Positions 18,760-29,079 of a DNA stretch of 64,000 nt are shown piece by piece. Below the pieces are notes generated by a model that had not been told where the DNA came from, made no database searches, and worked only from the letters and a program-made list of their open reading frames with translations. The position numbers were made by a program, and so were the translations under genes. The stretch is from a virus. Every line of letters begins with the position of its first letter. Position 1 is the stretch's first letter. The stretch is from IMG/VR virus record IMGVR_UViG_3300010222_000169; one strand, written 5' to 3'.

Positions 18760-20153
18760 TGTAAGTCCTCCTTGAGTCGCCAGTTCACGGTTCCCGATGT
18801 AAGGCCCGTGTCGTTTTGCTCAAAGCGTATCACCCAGTTGCCAGTCCCGCTGTCGTCCCTGCGGACTGAGACGACGTAATCGCAGTCGGGAGGGGGGTTG
18901 CACTCGGGGACATAGAACTTCGAGTTGACGGCCACGCCGGTATCGATATCCACGGTTTCGCTGCCGTTGAGCGACACCGAGCCGCTCGCCGCCGTCGAAT
19001 AGGCCTGTGTGTTGGTGCCACTCGGCGGATCGGCGGGCACCCATGCCGAGCCGTCCCATGCGAGGTGCTGGTCGGTCGTTGCTCCCGATTGATCCAAATC
19101 GCTTGTTGGGACGCTCTCGGTGCTAAACGTCTGGCTTGACAGTGAGAGGCCACTGCCGGCCGAGTAGGTAGTGTCGGTATCGGTCGCCGAAATCGTGAGC
19201 GTATTATTTCCGTCGTCGTAGTTGACCGAGACGTTTGTGCCGCTATTCACGAACGGCCCGACGATGTCCTGTACCTGCTCATCCGAGAGTTGCGTGTCCG
19301 TATCCGTACTCTCGATCGTCAGAACGTCATTACTATCATCGTACGAAACCGTGGTGGACCCCGAACCCGCCAACAGTCCGGCCACAATATCCTCGACTTC
19401 TTCGTTCGAGAGTTGTGTATCCGTATCAGTGGATTCGATAGTGAGTGTGTCGTTCGCATCGTCGTAGGAGGCCGTGACGTTGGTTCCACCGGAAACGAAC
19501 GCTCCTACAATGTCCTGTACCTCCTCAGTAGTAAGCTGAGTGTCCGTATCGGTTGCTTCAAGCGTACCGTTCGCCTGCGAAAGGTTCGTTCCCAGGAGGT
19601 CGTCAAGGGTCGAGCCCCCACCGACCGATAACCCTCCCACATCTACCAATCGGTAGTCCCCGACCGGTCCCTTCGAGGCGGCCGAAGGCGTGACCTCCCC
19701 TGCCGCCGTGTCGACCACGCCGAGCTTCACCGACGGATCGGTCGGTTCCTGGACAGCGCTGCCGTGGCGGATGTACGCGCCATCGCCATCGGTCGCCGCG
19801 AGGTCGATCGCGAGGTAGACGTCGCTGCTCGCATCGGCTTCGAAGGCGAGTCCAGTCTCGTCACTGTGGAGCTCAACCGTGAAAATCACCGGCGAGTCCC
19901 ACGCCGAAAACGAGTCGCTCGCCTCGTCGTAGGTCTGACTCCCGCCCTCGTAGCGGACGAACGCCGTCCCGGCCGGGATCGTGCCGCCCGCGGTGGGGAC
20001 GAACCCGGTCTCGATGTAGGATCGTGCGCCCTGACGGGCGGCGAGCGTCGCTATCTGGGCGGCGTGGGCAATGTCCCGACCGGCACTGGCGCTGCCGTTC
20101 GTTCCCTTGTCCTCCGGGAAAACTGTAACGTCGGTGAGTGATGTGTCTGTCAT
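18756..20153 (-). CDS. Tail fibre protein with tandem 41-aa repeats
   Basis: Three TDTDTQLxxExVxDIV...YDD.N..LTI units; located downstream of baseplate genes. Confidence 0.75.
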   Translation of the reverse strand: MTDTSLTDVTVFPEDKGTNGSASAGRDIAHAAQIATLAARQGARSYIETGFVPTAGGTIPAGTAFVRYEGGSQTYDEASDSFSAWDSPVIFTVELHSDETGLAFEADASSDVYLAIDLAATDGDGAYIRHGSAVQEPTDPSVKLGVVDTAAGEVTPSAASKGPVGDYRLVDVGGLSVGGGSTLDDLLGTNLSQANGTLEATDTDTQLTTEEVQDIVGAFVSGGTNVTASYDDANDTLTIESTDTDTQLSNEEVEDIVAGLLAGSGSTTVSYDDSNDVLTIESTDTDTQLSDEQVQDIVGPFVNSGTNVSVNYDDGNNTLTISATDTDTTYSAGSGLSLSSQTFSTESVPTSDLDQSGATTDQHLAWDGSAWVPADPPSGTNTQAYSTAASGSVSLNGSETVDIDTGVAVNSKFYVPECNPPPDCDYVVSVRRDDSGTGNWVIRFEQNDTGLTSGTVNWRLKEDLQ

Positions 20154-21121
20154 GGCGAACCTCCAAAGTTATCGCGTCGCCACGCCGCAATCGAGCCGTC
20201 CGACCGCACTACCCGGACGTTCGTCGCGTCCGGATCACTGGGATCGACGAGGTCCTCGGCGGCGATCGTGCCGTCCGAGAGGAGGACTCGTTCATCGTTG
20301 TAGACGAGCGCTGAATCGTTCGGATCGGCCAGCGGCAAGAGCGTCCGCGTGCCGTCCTGCTGGCCGATGGCCATGTAGCCGATCGGCGTCGGGGCAACCT
20401 TGTAGTCGTAACGAATCTGGATCTGGCCTTCGCGGTTGTGCTCTCCATTACTTCTTATGGGAAAATTGAACGAAAAAGTATTGGAACCATCCTGGAGCGA
20501 GCCAGCGACTCTCCACGGGGAGGCATCCGAGACGCCACCATCGTAATTCGGTGAGGAGTTGTCCGCAGTATAGGTCCCCTGAAAGACGACTGTGCTGCCA
20601 TTGAACGAGACTTCGGGGTCTTTCGTTTCCGTAAGGTCATCGTCATTAGTATCGAACCATGATCTCCCCTCGACTGCGAACAAGTTGACCTGTCGCGTCT
20701 CTCCATCAACGAATCCAGTTGCGGTAAACTCAGTCGAGGAGTTCACGTCCAGAACCTTGTCAGTCCCCGGCGAAATCTGGAACTGGTTGCCATCATACTC
20801 AACGGTCACATCGGACGACCCACTACACTCTAAGTAAACTCGAACATCCTTCCCTTCGATATTGCCGGTGTCGTTTGGGGGGGGGTCATCGTATTGAGAA
20901 CTGGCGGAAAGGGTGTTGTTGGGACCAAGACTCCCTGCAACTGCACTGGTGTTTAATATGCGTTCTGTAACACCGAACTTTGGGTCATCATAAGAACTGG
21001 GGGCAGGTCCACCTCGATACCGCACCTCCACATCGGAAGTCACGTTCCTGTTGTTGAGGGTTTCGAAGACGAACTGTCCCGTATGATAGACGCGAAGCCA
21101 CGGGGATTGGTACGTTGGCAT
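20150..21121 (-). CDS. Tail fibre/receptor-binding-associated protein
   Basis: beta-rich, lower GC, within fibre module. Confidence 0.55.
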   Translation of the reverse strand: MPTYQSPWLRVYHTGQFVFETLNNRNVTSDVEVRYRGGPAPSSYDDPKFGVTERILNTSAVAGSLGPNNTLSASSQYDDPPPNDTGNIEGKDVRVYLECSGSSDVTVEYDGNQFQISPGTDKVLDVNSSTEFTATGFVDGETRQVNLFAVEGRSWFDTNDDDLTETKDPEVSFNGSTVVFQGTYTADNSSPNYDGGVSDASPWRVAGSLQDGSNTFSFNFPIRSNGEHNREGQIQIRYDYKVAPTPIGYMAIGQQDGTRTLLPLADPNDSALVYNDERVLLSDGTIAAEDLVDPSDPDATNVRVVRSDGSIAAWRRDNFGGSP

Positions 21122-21122
21122 T

Positions 21123-21656
21123 TCAGGGCTCCAAATCAGTCCGTTGGTAGATCTGCCCTGGCTTGGGATCCGCGGGGTCGCTCGTCCGTTGCTCGACGAT
21201 CACCGACCCGGAACTCCCGTTCAACTCCCCGTTCAGCGTGTAGTCGCCGTTCATCTCGTCGTCTTGCTCGGAGTAAACGTACCGGCCATCGCTTTCGCTC
21301 CGTGTGTAGACCTGATACTGGCGGTAGTACCGCGAGTCGTGGTTGTGTGTCTGAAAAGCTGATTCGAGCGCATCGAGGTCCGACCGGAGTTGGTCGACAT
21401 CGTCTTCCAGATCGTCCACCCGGCCTTCGAGCTCGCCGAGACCGTAGTTCACCCGCTCGATGTTGTTCACGACGGCAGTGTTGAACGCGTTGTCCGTCTT
21501 GGCGAGGGGCTCCTCGTCGGGCCGATACCCTGCTGCGGTAGGGTCACCGGGCCATTCGCCGATGTACGGCCACGCCCGGTCCGCGAGATCGACCATCCCG
21601 CCTTCGTCGCGATTGAGTGCTTGGTCGGGGTCGGGCGAGTACGAGGAGCTGCTCAC
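21123..21656 (-). CDS. Tail fibre-associated coiled-coil protein
   Basis: Heptad LEGRVDDLEDDVDQLRSDLDALE; C-terminal QRTSDPADPKPGQIY. Confidence 0.6.
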   Translation of the reverse strand: MSSSSYSPDPDQALNRDEGGMVDLADRAWPYIGEWPGDPTAAGYRPDEEPLAKTDNAFNTAVVNNIERVNYGLGELEGRVDDLEDDVDQLRSDLDALESAFQTHNHDSRYYRQYQVYTRSESDGRYVYSEQDDEMNGDYTLNGELNGSSGSVIVEQRTSDPADPKPGQIYQRTDLEP

Positions 21657-22027
21657 GGCTCACCACCCTGCGAGTCGTCACTGTCGCCGTCATCGGCGAC
21701 TTCCTTGCCATCCATTACGGCGAGCACCGCGTCGGCAGCGTCATCGGACCGTCGGCGCTTGACGCCTTCAAGAACCTGCATAGCGCGGGAGTGCTCGCGG
21801 TGGAGGCGCTCGGCACGCTGGCGCTGACGCTCGATCTGTTCGACGCGCTGGCGGACCTGTTCCAGTGCCGCACTCGCGCGTTCGAGCGGCGTCTCGCCCG
21901 GCGCGCCGTCGAGGTACTCCGCGACGAGTTCGGCGTCGCCGGGCGTGGTGGTACTGTCGATACGTTCGGCACTCTCGGTGTGCTCGGTGGGTGTTTGATC
22001 TGGCATGATCTGGATCGCTTTCGGCAT
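21653..22027 (-). CDS. Hypothetical coiled-coil protein
   Basis: Coupled to downstream gene. Confidence 0.55.
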   Translation of the reverse strand: MPKAIQIMPDQTPTEHTESAERIDSTTTPGDAELVAEYLDGAPGETPLERASAALEQVRQRVEQIERQRQRAERLHREHSRAMQVLEGVKRRRSDDAADAVLAVMDGKEVADDGDSDDSQGGEP

Positions 22028-22061
22028 CGTCTACACGACTGAAGTCGTGGGATTCCGCTTG

Positions 22062-22916
22062 CTACGTGTCAGATATCGGCCGTCGGTATCCGCCGCGATT
22101 GTAGCCGTGTTCGGGGTCGTTCACATCGTCGTAGTAGTCTTGGAGCGAGCGATAGCGGAAGGCTGCCCCGGCGGAAAGCGTGATCCGCACGCCAGCAGCC
22201 TTGTAGAGCAGGATCAACTCGACCATTCCCTGTTCGCTGATGGCCGCCGAGTCAAGGACGTATTCGGAAATGGTGAGGTTCATCTGAGCGTCGTCGGTCC
22301 TAAACGGTTCGACGATCTCGATCTCCGGTGGCGTGGTGCCAAGCAGATCGGCGGTAATTTCGATGACCTCTTCAAGCGTCGCGCCGCCGAGTAGTCCACG
22401 AAAGAACGCCTTGAGTCGCGTGCGGTAGGCCGGATCGGTCTCGCCGGTTTGTCGTCCGAGTCCGACGAAGTGTCCGATCTCGTCCAACCCCCGTCCTCGG
22501 GCATGGTCGATGTAATGCTGGCGGAGTTGTTCTTCATGGAGGTATCGTGCGCCGGCAGCGAACTCCGCGAGCATCGCCACCAACGCGCCGAACTCGGTAT
22601 CGGCGAACTCGCCGGTGTCGGGGTCGCGCGGCGATTCGAAGGGCCGCTTGAGGAGGGCTTCGAGGCGTTCGCGTTGATCGACGTCACCGCGGTGGACAAC
22701 CGACTCGACGAGCGCTGGCTCCTCGGCGTAGAAGGTCGGCACCCTGACGGTCGAACCGACGGCCGCTGCCGAGGCGGAGGACTCGCCGGTGACCTCCAAA
22801 CGAACGTCACTCACGCCCGCCGTCACGTCCGTCGTGGCGACGAGCGGACCGGTGACCGACGGCGAGGCACTCCCACCAAGCTTGCTCGCGCCAAGTTCAC
22901 TCGAACCGATCTCCAC
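22062..22916 (-). CDS. Baseplate wedge protein (P2 gpI-like)
   Basis: ARGRGLDEIG...GETDPAYRTRL, near J-like gene. Confidence 0.75.
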   Translation of the reverse strand: MEIGSSELGASKLGGSASPSVTGPLVATTDVTAGVSDVRLEVTGESSASAAAVGSTVRVPTFYAEEPALVESVVHRGDVDQRERLEALLKRPFESPRDPDTGEFADTEFGALVAMLAEFAAGARYLHEEQLRQHYIDHARGRGLDEIGHFVGLGRQTGETDPAYRTRLKAFFRGLLGGATLEEVIEITADLLGTTPPEIEIVEPFRTDDAQMNLTISEYVLDSAAISEQGMVELILLYKAAGVRITLSAGAAFRYRSLQDYYDDVNDPEHGYNRGGYRRPISDT

Positions 22917-22924
22917 GGATCAGG

Positions 22925-23395
22925 TCACCCCGATGGTTCGACGTCGGTGAGCGTTGCCGAGAACGTGGCTTCGTTGGTGCCTTCGAGGTCGATCCGCGTG
23001 GGGTTGCCCTGCGCGTCAGTCAGCTTAACGAAGAAGAAGGCGTGATCGTTCTCGCTGGATTCCCCGTCGGCTTGGTAGCGCACGACCACGACGCCATGAT
23101 CGACGTACCCACCGGTCGTGTTCACGAGGTCGAAGGTCTGCTCGTTCATGACGAGTTGCCAGTCGTTGTTCGCGTCGAGGGTCTCGCCGAGCGTCGCCGT
23201 CCCAAGGTCGTACTGCAATCGCTGGTAGTTCCCGTCGTCGGGCTCGCTCTCGAGATCGTCGGCATCGGTCGTCTCGTCGATCGTGTCGGTGTTGCTATCG
23301 ATGAGACCCACGAAGTACGATGTCGGCGGAGCGATGCTGCCCGACAGTAGTTTCTTGCGATACTGCTCGCCCGAATTGGGTAGAAGGTTTACCAT
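22925..23395 (-). CDS. Baseplate/tail hypothetical protein
   Basis: Position and coupling. Confidence 0.6.
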   Translation of the reverse strand: MVNLLPNSGEQYRKKLLSGSIAPPTSYFVGLIDSNTDTIDETTDADDLESEPDDGNYQRLQYDLGTATLGETLDANNDWQLVMNEQTFDLVNTTGGYVDHGVVVVRYQADGESSENDHAFFFVKLTDAQGNPTRIDLEGTNEATFSATLTDVEPSG

Positions 23396-24921
23396 TATTG
23401 GACCTCTCCGGGAGTCGTTGTGATCGTTAGCTGTGAGGGAGACGTGACGGCCACTTCTTCTAAACCGACCACCACGTCCGATTTGCCGCTCGGTGTCTCG
23501 CTCGTACCGATGGCCACGCCTGGCTCGCCAGTCACATCCCGCACACCATGCACCTCGGGATTTTGTAGGATCCCTTGAAGCTGGTCGCCGTAGATATCGT
23601 CGCCGATTCCCTCGCCGGCGACGCGTCGGCCGTCGGTTCGCGTGCCGCCGATGTACTCGACGATCTCGTTTTGGATCCGGTCGACGCCGTCGGCCGGGAA
23701 CTCCGATGTGACGACGACCTCGGCGGTAACGTATACCGGGATCTCGGCGATTGTGCTGAAGCCGAGTCCCGAGCGTGTGTCGCCAGTATCGTCAGTGATG
23801 TTCAGGCCCGGCCGTGGGTACTCGCGTTCGTATTCGGTTCCTTTGTGGAGAAACGCCGAGCCGTCGACCGAGCCGTAGCCCTCGATCCCGCCGGCCGTTG
23901 CGTCAAGGATCGCCTGATGGACCGCGTCCCGGTTGGGCACGGTGTCCTCTTCGAACCAGACGAGCGGCCCGACCGAGTGCGGCGGCAGGCCGCCCGAATC
24001 GCGTTCGTCCTGGTCGGTGAAGTTCTCGCGAACCCGGACATTCCGAACCACCTCGCCGTCGCCAGCTTCGCGGATCGCCGACTCGATGCCCTCGAGCGTA
24101 GCGACGGCGTTTCGTCCACGGGAGTTCTCCCACCGACGGCGGTAGGCAGCGTCCGTCTCCCGATCGCGTCCAGCGACGAAGTCGTAGGCTTCACCGGAGC
24201 CGTCCGATCGGACGCCCGACGATCCCGTGGGGAGTGGGTTCGTCACATCGCCGACGCCACGCACGGTGTCGAGCAACCGCACGATGGCCTCTGCGGGGAC
24301 GTTCGTCGCCTCGCCGGTCTGCTCACTGCTGAGGTCCGCACGCTGCGAGAGCGGGCTCAGGCCCTGGATCGGAACACGATTGACGGTGGACTGGCCCGAC
24401 GGGAGCGTTGCTGGCTCTGTCGTCGCGAATATGATGGGGGGCGTCTCGGGGCCGTCTCTGGTGGCGACGGGCACGCCTTCGGGGATCGTGCGATCGCGGG
24501 GGTTCCCGCCCGTGAGATCGCCCGCTTGATTTTCGGTCGCGCCCGCCGCGACGAACGTCACCTCACCGGTGGCCTCGCGACGCTGCTGGCGGTCAAAGCC
24601 CGGCAGATCGAGATGAGCGTCGAGTTGGGGGCCACGGGCGTTCCGGTAGGTCGCGGCGTAGTAGTTCGCTTCGGCAACCTCGAACGTGTAGTACGCCAGT
24701 AGGACGGCAATGTCGACGTACTGCATCGCCGGATCGAACGGCGAGACGAGTGTTCTACCGAGGTTCTGTTCGGCCTCGGCGACGAACGCCTCGTAGAGGA
24801 GGTCGAGACCGGGCCGTTGGAACGTTCCCTCTTCAGTCACGCCGAACTGTGGAAAGAGTCCGGCGACCCCCTGTTGGGTGTCGATTCCTTCGCTGTCAGT
24901 GTCGGTGGTGTTGGTACTCAC
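23395..24921 (-). CDS. Baseplate J-like protein
   Basis: ARGPQLD, ATGEVTF, GRDRETDAAYRRR, LPPHSV. Confidence 0.88.
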   Translation of the reverse strand: MSTNTTDTDSEGIDTQQGVAGLFPQFGVTEEGTFQRPGLDLLYEAFVAEAEQNLGRTLVSPFDPAMQYVDIAVLLAYYTFEVAEANYYAATYRNARGPQLDAHLDLPGFDRQQRREATGEVTFVAAGATENQAGDLTGGNPRDRTIPEGVPVATRDGPETPPIIFATTEPATLPSGQSTVNRVPIQGLSPLSQRADLSSEQTGEATNVPAEAIVRLLDTVRGVGDVTNPLPTGSSGVRSDGSGEAYDFVAGRDRETDAAYRRRWENSRGRNAVATLEGIESAIREAGDGEVVRNVRVRENFTDQDERDSGGLPPHSVGPLVWFEEDTVPNRDAVHQAILDATAGGIEGYGSVDGSAFLHKGTEYEREYPRPGLNITDDTGDTRSGLGFSTIAEIPVYVTAEVVVTSEFPADGVDRIQNEIVEYIGGTRTDGRRVAGEGIGDDIYGDQLQGILQNPEVHGVRDVTGEPGVAIGTSETPSGKSDVVVGLEEVAVTSPSQLTITTTPGEVQ

Positions 24922-24951
24922 GATTTGGAGAGACTCCTGACGGTCGGCCAG

Positions 24952-25425
24952 CTACTTTTGAGCCGTCTCGAAGGATTCGGCTCCGAGCAATGCATCGAAA
25001 CCGATCCGGAAGGATACCGGCGTCCCATCGGTCAGCGTGGCCGTCACGGTCATGCTTGCGATCCGGTTCCCCGCGTCGAAGGCGAGCTCGATGTCCGGCG
25101 GTGCGAGGCGACCGACCCACGGGATCGCATCGGGGCCGATCGCGTCGATCACCGCACGCTTGATGTCTACGCCGCCCTCGGTAACTGGTCGTTCAAGCAG
25201 CGCCCGCCGGTCAAGGCCTAGTTCGGGTCGGAGCGGGTCGTCGCCGATTGGCGTCCGTAGGCAGCGCACAAGGTGGTAGGCGACCATTTCCGGGCCATCA
25301 ACAATGCGAATCACTCCCTGAGTGTCGCGTTTGAAGTCACCTGTGAGACCGTCGAATCCGTGGGCCTCACCGTAGGTGTCGCCATCGAGCACTCGGAAGT
25401 CTCGGAGCGGTTCGTTGCTGCTCAT
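24952..25425 (-). CDS. Baseplate wedge gp25/W-like protein
   Basis: LRTPIGDDPLRPELGLD. Confidence 0.7.
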   Translation of the reverse strand: MSSNEPLRDFRVLDGDTYGEAHGFDGLTGDFKRDTQGVIRIVDGPEMVAYHLVRCLRTPIGDDPLRPELGLDRRALLERPVTEGGVDIKRAVIDAIGPDAIPWVGRLAPPDIELAFDAGNRIASMTVTATLTDGTPVSFRIGFDALLGAESFETAQK

Positions 25426-26417
25426 GGGAAGAGTACCTCCTTTGCCCCATCACGCCACCACTTCACGACCCCCTCGTTGACGTTGGCCCACGGGATCATC
25501 GTGGGGAGCTCACCGGCTGCCCGCATGTCGTCGGGGATCTCAATGTAAGCAGGGTCGTCCGGATTCGTCACGCTGGGGTCCGGATCGACTTCGCGTCGTT
25601 CCCACGGGATGAGCCGGCGAGCCTCATAGAGACCACCGTCGATCGGGCCATTCGCCTCTCCGACCGGCGCATTTACGTACTGGGTCTCGGCGTCATCAGT
25701 CGGGTCGATGATCGGCTCAGTGGGCTCGTCGACTTCGACGTCGCGCAGTTCGTCTCCATCGGGAATCTGGCTGCCCGCTAACTTATCAGGGTCCCATCGT
25801 GGCGCGCTGGGCTGCCCGAGACGCACGCGACCAGCGAGCGGGATCGTCCCATCGAGTAGCAAGCTCACTCGCGTCCGGTCGGGCGCGTTTGGACCTTCGC
25901 CGTCCTGGAGGTCTGACGCCTCGTTGTTCGCCCGCCAGTGGACCGCGCTATCGGGCGTGATCTGGCGTTCGGTGCCGGAGGGTGGCTCGTGTGGCCGCCA
26001 GATGTCTTCCTCGAGATCGCTACCGAGTCCGCGATCGCCGTAGGGACGGACGCCCGGCAGGAAAACCCCGTCCTGAAAGGCGTGGTGGCGGCCGCGTTCG
26101 AGATCGGCGTTTTTCTGTGGTTCGGTTTCCTGACGGACGACTTCGAGCGGGTAGTCCAGACAGATCATCAACCCCCGTTCGGGCGGGCGGAGTGCTTGCT
26201 CGTGGCCGTATTCGTCACCAGCAGCGTACGGCGTCCAGATCGGGATGCCATCGATCGGGTCGCGATCGTCGCCCAGCTCTCGCACCACACCGCGTGGTTC
26301 ACCGTTCTCGACGGTGACTGATTCGAGTACCGCCGGCACCACCCAGTCGAGCCCGCGCACCTGTCCGTCCACACCTTTCCGGAGCCGTGCCGGCGCGTCG
26401 TCGCGAGCCACGGTCAA
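25422..26417 (-). CDS. Baseplate spike-like protein (OB-fold N-terminus)
   Basis: IDGIPIWTP...PPERGLMICLD; position after hub. Confidence 0.6.
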   Translation of the reverse strand: MTVARDDAPARLRKGVDGQVRGLDWVVPAVLESVTVENGEPRGVVRELGDDRDPIDGIPIWTPYAAGDEYGHEQALRPPERGLMICLDYPLEVVRQETEPQKNADLERGRHHAFQDGVFLPGVRPYGDRGLGSDLEEDIWRPHEPPSGTERQITPDSAVHWRANNEASDLQDGEGPNAPDRTRVSLLLDGTIPLAGRVRLGQPSAPRWDPDKLAGSQIPDGDELRDVEVDEPTEPIIDPTDDAETQYVNAPVGEANGPIDGGLYEARRLIPWERREVDPDPSVTNPDDPAYIEIPDDMRAAGELPTMIPWANVNEGVVKWWRDGAKEVLFP

Positions 26418-27370
26418 ATGCTCCCGGTACCGATGGGGATGCGGCGCGATCCACGGTTCCCGATCGCCTTGAACTCCGCGCTCACGTCGGTCATGGTTCC
26501 GGTGGTTTTGTGGATGCGATCGCGAACGGACGACTCGTGCTCGTATTCGGTCACCTGATACACGCCGTCCCGGCTGTCGGTGCCCGTGACGGATACGTAG
26601 CCGTCCTTTTCGATACGGGGCTCCAGTGCGACCTCGAAATCCACGCTGGGGGTTTTGCTGGTCTTGTCTGTTTTACCATCGGCGAGTTCGAGACCCCCCG
26701 CGAGAATATTGCCCGAACCCGCCGGCGTCGCCTGTTTGAAAACGACGGCAGACTGCCGACCGGCAGTCTCCTTTGGTCCGAAATACAGTTGTCCTCGGGT
26801 CGCCGACCAATCGAACTGGCGATTCTGCGGGTCGCGTTCTTCGGCTTCCTTTTCAAGTTGGTCAAGCCACCGATTCGCGGGTTTCTTCTCTTTGATTTGG
26901 TAGCGCCGGTCAAAGGGCTTACTGGGGACCTCGCACCGTCCGATACCGATACCTGCCTCGGCGGCGATGTCTCGAACAATCTGGCCGATCGTAGGACGAT
27001 CCCAGACGTGATGGAATCGCGTCGCACGGAGACGTCCCTCGGATTTATCTATCGCTTTCAGCCGATACCGGGTATCTGCTCCGGTGGTCGTCGGCGACTC
27101 CCGTACTTCAACGATACCAATAAGCACCGTTTCGAACACCCCATCGGCGTAGCCAAGCCCGACCTCGATCGGGCCTCCTTCCCGAATACCAGTCCACGAA
27201 TCACGGGATAGGTTGTAGAGATCGACGGTTGCCCGGAGCCCGTCGTCGCCTTGGGATACCGTTATGCCTTGGCTGATGTCGCCTTTCTCGCCCTGCGTGG
27301 TGAAGCGTTGTCCCCCTGCACGAGTCTCCCGTTTCCATCTATACGGACGATTTTGTGCCATGTTGCTCAA
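26414..27370 (-). CDS. Baseplate hub protein
   Basis: ATVDLYNLS, IEVGLGY, YQVTEYEHE. Confidence 0.75.
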   Translation of the reverse strand: MSNMAQNRPYRWKRETRAGGQRFTTQGEKGDISQGITVSQGDDGLRATVDLYNLSRDSWTGIREGGPIEVGLGYADGVFETVLIGIVEVRESPTTTGADTRYRLKAIDKSEGRLRATRFHHVWDRPTIGQIVRDIAAEAGIGIGRCEVPSKPFDRRYQIKEKKPANRWLDQLEKEAEERDPQNRQFDWSATRGQLYFGPKETAGRQSAVVFKQATPAGSGNILAGGLELADGKTDKTSKTPSVDFEVALEPRIEKDGYVSVTGTDSRDGVYQVTEYEHESSVRDRIHKTTGTMTDVSAEFKAIGNRGSRRIPIGTGSI

Positions 27371-28500
27371 TTAATCATTTGTGGCCGGAGGCCGATGTCT
27401 TCCCATTCGACATGGCAAGGCAGACAAAGTGTGACCAGATTACTTACGCGATTCGCGCGTTTGTAGTCCCTCTCGCCTTCCGCGCCGAACTTTTTGAAGG
27501 GAGTGATGTGGTGAATGTGTAGCCCTTTGCCATATTGTTCGATGTGCTTCTTCTGGGATAGAGTGCAGGCTTGACACTCATAGGAGTCCTTTTCTAACCG
27601 CTTCTCCCGTTGTTCTTGCCAGTTAGGACCGTAGTCGTAGCGTACCCTCTCACGTTCACGGTCGCAAAAGGGCGTCATGCCACAGTCTCGAAGTGCGCTT
27701 GTCCACGATCCGAACACCCGATAATACGGTTTTGGTCCGTACTCTCCCTGTTGTTCAAGATCCTCCAATGTGGGAATTCTATCGGTCACTTCGTGGAGCC
27801 GGTGTATCTCATCTCGGAGTTCGTCTTCAGAAACCCTCCACTTACCAGTTGGAACATGGCCAGCTTGGCGGACGGCCGCATTCCAGCACCCAAATTTCGC
27901 ATCATATGGCCTGGGACTGTACCTCCCCAATTCGGCCATGTCCTCGGACCGGGGCGTCCTACCGAGTTCCTTCGCCAATCTGTTCACTTCCTCGATCAGC
28001 TCTTCTCTATTTATTTCGCTGGCAGGCATTTGGCAGGGATCGATCCTAGCCTCGCAGAGAGCACCGCTCCACGAGCCGAATTGGCGGACATATGGGTCTT
28101 TTCCGTATTCCCCCTTTTCTATCATGTCTGCTCTCTTCGGGGATCGGGGGAGCCGACTGTCTAACCGCCGCAGTTCGTTCAAGAGGTCTTCCTTCGATAT
28201 TCCCAGCTGTTGGGTTGTTTCAAGACCTGCTGCCTGAATGGCTTCATTCCACCCACCGAACCGAGAAGCGTAGAAGTCCGATGGGTGCCGCGCTATCTCG
28301 TCCACCTCATCCGATGTTGGTGTTCTTCCCAATGAACCGGCGATGGCTTGGAGTTCCCGTATCAGGCTGTCATCGCTAAAAAGCTCGCCATCGTGTGCGT
28401 GGCCATAGTGCGTCTTCAACCCACTTTCGTTCTTATACACTTTTCCGCACGTCGGACACTCTGCGCCAGAACTATCGTCCTCCGGGCCTTCCGTACTCAT
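27367..28500 (-). CDS. HNH homing endonuclease with C2H2 finger and four PF18780-like repeats
   Basis: CPTCG..H..H; four (F/Y)G.W..A...AG repeats; CQAC...HHI...N...LCLPCH; lower GC. Confidence 0.9.
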   Translation of the reverse strand: MSTEGPEDDSSGAECPTCGKVYKNESGLKTHYGHAHDGELFSDDSLIRELQAIAGSLGRTPTSDEVDEIARHPSDFYASRFGGWNEAIQAAGLETTQQLGISKEDLLNELRRLDSRLPRSPKRADMIEKGEYGKDPYVRQFGSWSGALCEARIDPCQMPASEINREELIEEVNRLAKELGRTPRSEDMAELGRYSPRPYDAKFGCWNAAVRQAGHVPTGKWRVSEDELRDEIHRLHEVTDRIPTLEDLEQQGEYGPKPYYRVFGSWTSALRDCGMTPFCDRERERVRYDYGPNWQEQREKRLEKDSYECQACTLSQKKHIEQYGKGLHIHHITPFKKFGAEGERDYKRANRVSNLVTLCLPCHVEWEDIGLRPQMIN

Positions 28501-28638
28501 GCTGGTTGATCCCAGCGCGGTCGGGGCTGTACCCCCGGCCGTTTTTCCAAACGGCGATACCGCGCTTCTTGAGAGTATAGTACGTGACATGGCTGTTTAG
28601 TAGTTCTGAAAGCGGAGTGGAAGTGTAGCCGGGACGTG

Positions 28639-29079
28639 CTAAGTCAGCAGTGGCAGGCCGTCGCCGTCGCCCTCGTCCTCGGCATCAGTAGTGTCGAGAC
28701 GGTGCTCGGCGAACCACTCCTCCCAACCCGGCGACTCCGGGCCAGGATAGACGACGAGTTTCACACGGGTGCCGAGGTTGCCGGGTGTGACCCGCTCCAG
28801 CAAGCCGAGCGGGTCGACGAACATGAGGAGGATCCGATCGCGGAACGAATATTCCTGGAGGAGCGTCACCGGGCGGCGTGGGATGGCGACACCCAATTCG
28901 TCGAGCGCGACCTCAAACGTCCATCCCGACATCGCGTCGTTGTAGTCCATCCGAACCCGCAGACCGCGGTTCGGAGCTGCACTCGTCCCCGTATAGGTCC
29001 GGTCGATGGGAAGACGCGTGCTCGCGCGGTCGGCGGGGATCGGCAGCGTCTCGAAATCCGAGAGATCGACCTTGACCAT
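28639..29079 (-). CDS. Baseplate-associated hypothetical protein
   Basis: MVKVDL...RMDYNDAMSGWTFEV; typical myovirus position. Confidence 0.6.
   Translation of the reverse strand: MVKVDLSDFETLPIPADRASTRLPIDRTYTGTSAAPNRGLRVRMDYNDAMSGWTFEVALDELGVAIPRRPVTLLQEYSFRDRILLMFVDPLGLLERVTPGNLGTRVKLVVYPGPESPGWEEWFAEHRLDTTDAEDEGDGDGLPLLT

Noticed and set aside
16464-22062. Invertible tail-fibre cassette
   Set aside because: No recombinase and no inverted fibre repeats seen.
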